A stretch of 64,000 bases of DNA from Octopus vulgaris (Eukaryota). The stretch is from the NCBI GenBank assembly GCA_951406725.2, contig OX597814.1:107074001-107138000 (forward strand). The letters are read 5' to 3'. Shown piece by piece: positions 61,975 through 64,000 of this stretch; position 1 is the first letter of the stretch, and each line of letters begins with the position of its first letter. The notes beneath the pieces are model-generated. The model saw only the letters and a list, made by a program, of their open reading frames with translations, was not told where the DNA came from and ran no database searches. The translations under genes were made by a program, and so were the position numbers.

Positions 61975-63416
61975 GAGTAGCAACATCACACTAGATAAAA
62001 CCAATGAAATAAAAGAATTAGACCAAAGTCAAACTTACAAATGCTTAGGAATCCATGAACTAGATAAGACACAACACACACAAATGAAAGAGAAAATAAA
62101 AAAAGAATATTATAGACGAGTTAGATCAATACTAAAATCAGAGCTCAATGCTAAAAACAAGATAATAGGTATTAACACTTTAGCTGTCCCAGTTATAAGT
62201 TACAGCTACAATATCCTTAACTGGACACTAAATGAACTGACCAAAATAGATAGGAAAACAAGAAAAATAATGACAGGATCTAGGATGCATCACCCAAAAT
62301 CTGACATAGAAAGACTATATATACAATGTATAGAAGGTGGTAGAGGCCTTATACAGCTGGAAAACTACGATAAAGTAACCATCATAGGACTGCAAAAATA
62401 CCTACTTCAGAAGGAAGGAAAACTGATACAAATAGCGGCAAAACACGAGCAAAACAAAAAACTGTTCTCAGTATTTAAGGAAGCTGACAAATACAAACAA
62501 GAAATTATACCACCTAACAAATATGAAGAAGAAGAAGAAGAAGATGAAGAAACAACAAAAGCTATAAAACAAATGAAATCCAAACTAAAACTAGAACAGC
62601 AAAGAACCATGATAAAATGATGGCAAGAAAAGCCCCTTCATGGTAAATACTGGACTAAACTAAATGCAAAAGAAATAGACAAAGAAAAATCCCAGCAATG
62701 GTTGAGAAGCTCAGGACTCAAAGCAGAGACAGAGGGATTTTTAATTGCAGCACAAGTCCAAAGCCTCCCCATCAGAAATTACCAAAAACATGTAATGAAA
62801 AGAAATATAACAAGTAACTGCAGAATATGTGGAGATGGACAAGAAACAATAAATCATATTATCTCTAGCTGCCCAGTCCTGGCTAAGAAGGAATATATTC
62901 ACAGACATGACAGAGTTGGAACCTACATACACTGGAAGCTATGCCAACATTATGGAATAACAACAGAAAAAAGATGGTATAGGCACACACCAGAAAAGGT
63001 CACAGAAAACGAGAAAGCAACCATACTCTGGGATATGCCGATACACACAGATAGAGAAATTAAGGCCAACAGACCAGATATAGCTGTCAGAGATCATGAA
63101 GAAAAAAAATGCTTTCTAATTGATGTATCAATACCAGCAGATGACAACGTGTCTCTAAAAGAAATGGAGAAACTTTCAAAATACAAAGACCTGGAAATAG
63201 AGGTAACCAGAATGTGGAATCTAAAAACAGAAACAATCCCTATCATAGTAGGTGCATTAGGCATGATAAAAAAATATTCAGACAAATACATAACAAAAAC
63301 ACCAGGACTTACAAACACATATAACATACAGAAAATTGCACTACTAGGCACTGCACACATCCTACGCAGAACTTTCCATACAATAACCATCAGAGCATCA
63401 CAACAAATCACAGCAC
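61975..63416 (+). mobile_element. Second, 5'-truncated R4/Dong-like element of a different family
   Basis: Starts at the RT C-terminus (TYKCLGI). Motifs HPKSDIERLY..GGRGL, CRIC..ETINHIISSC, HRHD, RPDI, LIDVSIP and QKIALLGTAHILRR. Confidence 0.92.
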
Positions 63417-64000
63417 ATGGTGGAGAGAATGACGATAATGATGATGGTGATGATGATGATGGAGGTGGCGGCGGGATGGGGTGAGAGCAGGTGGTAGAGG
63501 TGGTGGTGGTGATGGTGGTGGTGGTGGCGGCGGCGGTGATCATGGTGGTGAGAATGACGATGGTGGTGATGATGATGATGATGATGATGTCAGTAATAAA
63601 ACATGAAAATGTATTCTGTTTTGTCCGGAAGAAATCCAGAATTTTGTCATTAAATTGGCAACAACAATAATGTCAAGCTTGACAAATGTTGATATTTGGT
63701 GCCAGAAGCAGCCATGGTGACATTTTCTGTTGATAAAAGACTAATTCTTGTAACAGGAATATTAAGTCTGAGACCTTAGGATTACATTGGTATTTCAGGT
63801 GTCATTCCTGGCAGAAATGCTTCAGGAAAAATCTTAGATCTTAATGGAGAATTCACTTCCATAAAACAATTACCCAAGTTCGCTACTATTTCTACTCTTT
63901 ATACTTTCTCTCTTGTGTCCATGGTAACAACAATAACTTATATATATAATTTGTTGTTGTTGATCCGATCAACGGAACAGCCTGCTCGTGAAATTAATGT

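Noticed and set aside
58538-63484. Host gene or active retrotransposon
   Set aside because: The motifs are those of RLE LINEs, and multiple stops, frameshifts and deletions indicate dead copies.
63600-64000. Exon of a neighbouring gene
   Set aside because: No recognisable ORF or convincing splice-site pair.

Overview
Eukaryotic, AT-rich and repeat-dense genomic DNA. Its SINE, LINE and microsatellite make-up resembles an octopus or other cephalopod genome; this is recognition, not a database match. One host gene is present on the minus strand: the 5' part of a 10-formyltetrahydrofolate dehydrogenase (ALDH1L1/ALDH1L2 family). I rebuilt 12 phase-compatible GT-AG coding exons from 41593 down to 142 (about 493 aa: formyl-hydrolase domain, acyl-carrier domain, start of the ALDH domain), and the gene continues past the left edge. 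The first exon (41526-41593) is missing from the ORF track. It encodes a mitochondrial-type presequence fused in frame ahead of a retained cytosolic-type start Met, which suggests one gene makes both isoforms. The rest is transposon-derived: a decayed Gypsy pol, three R4/Dong-like RLE LINEs (two stacked in a TAA microsatellite), RTE fragments, a Penelope GIY-YIG remnant, mariner and Tigger fragments, MITEs, a solo LTR, SINEs and a 31-bp minisatellite. The most unusual non-coding signal is about nine long fold-back hairpins and several minimal type-I hammerhead ribozyme motifs, some linked to the hairpins, consistent with Penelope/retrozyme-like elements. All calls were made by eye; no alignments or folding were run.
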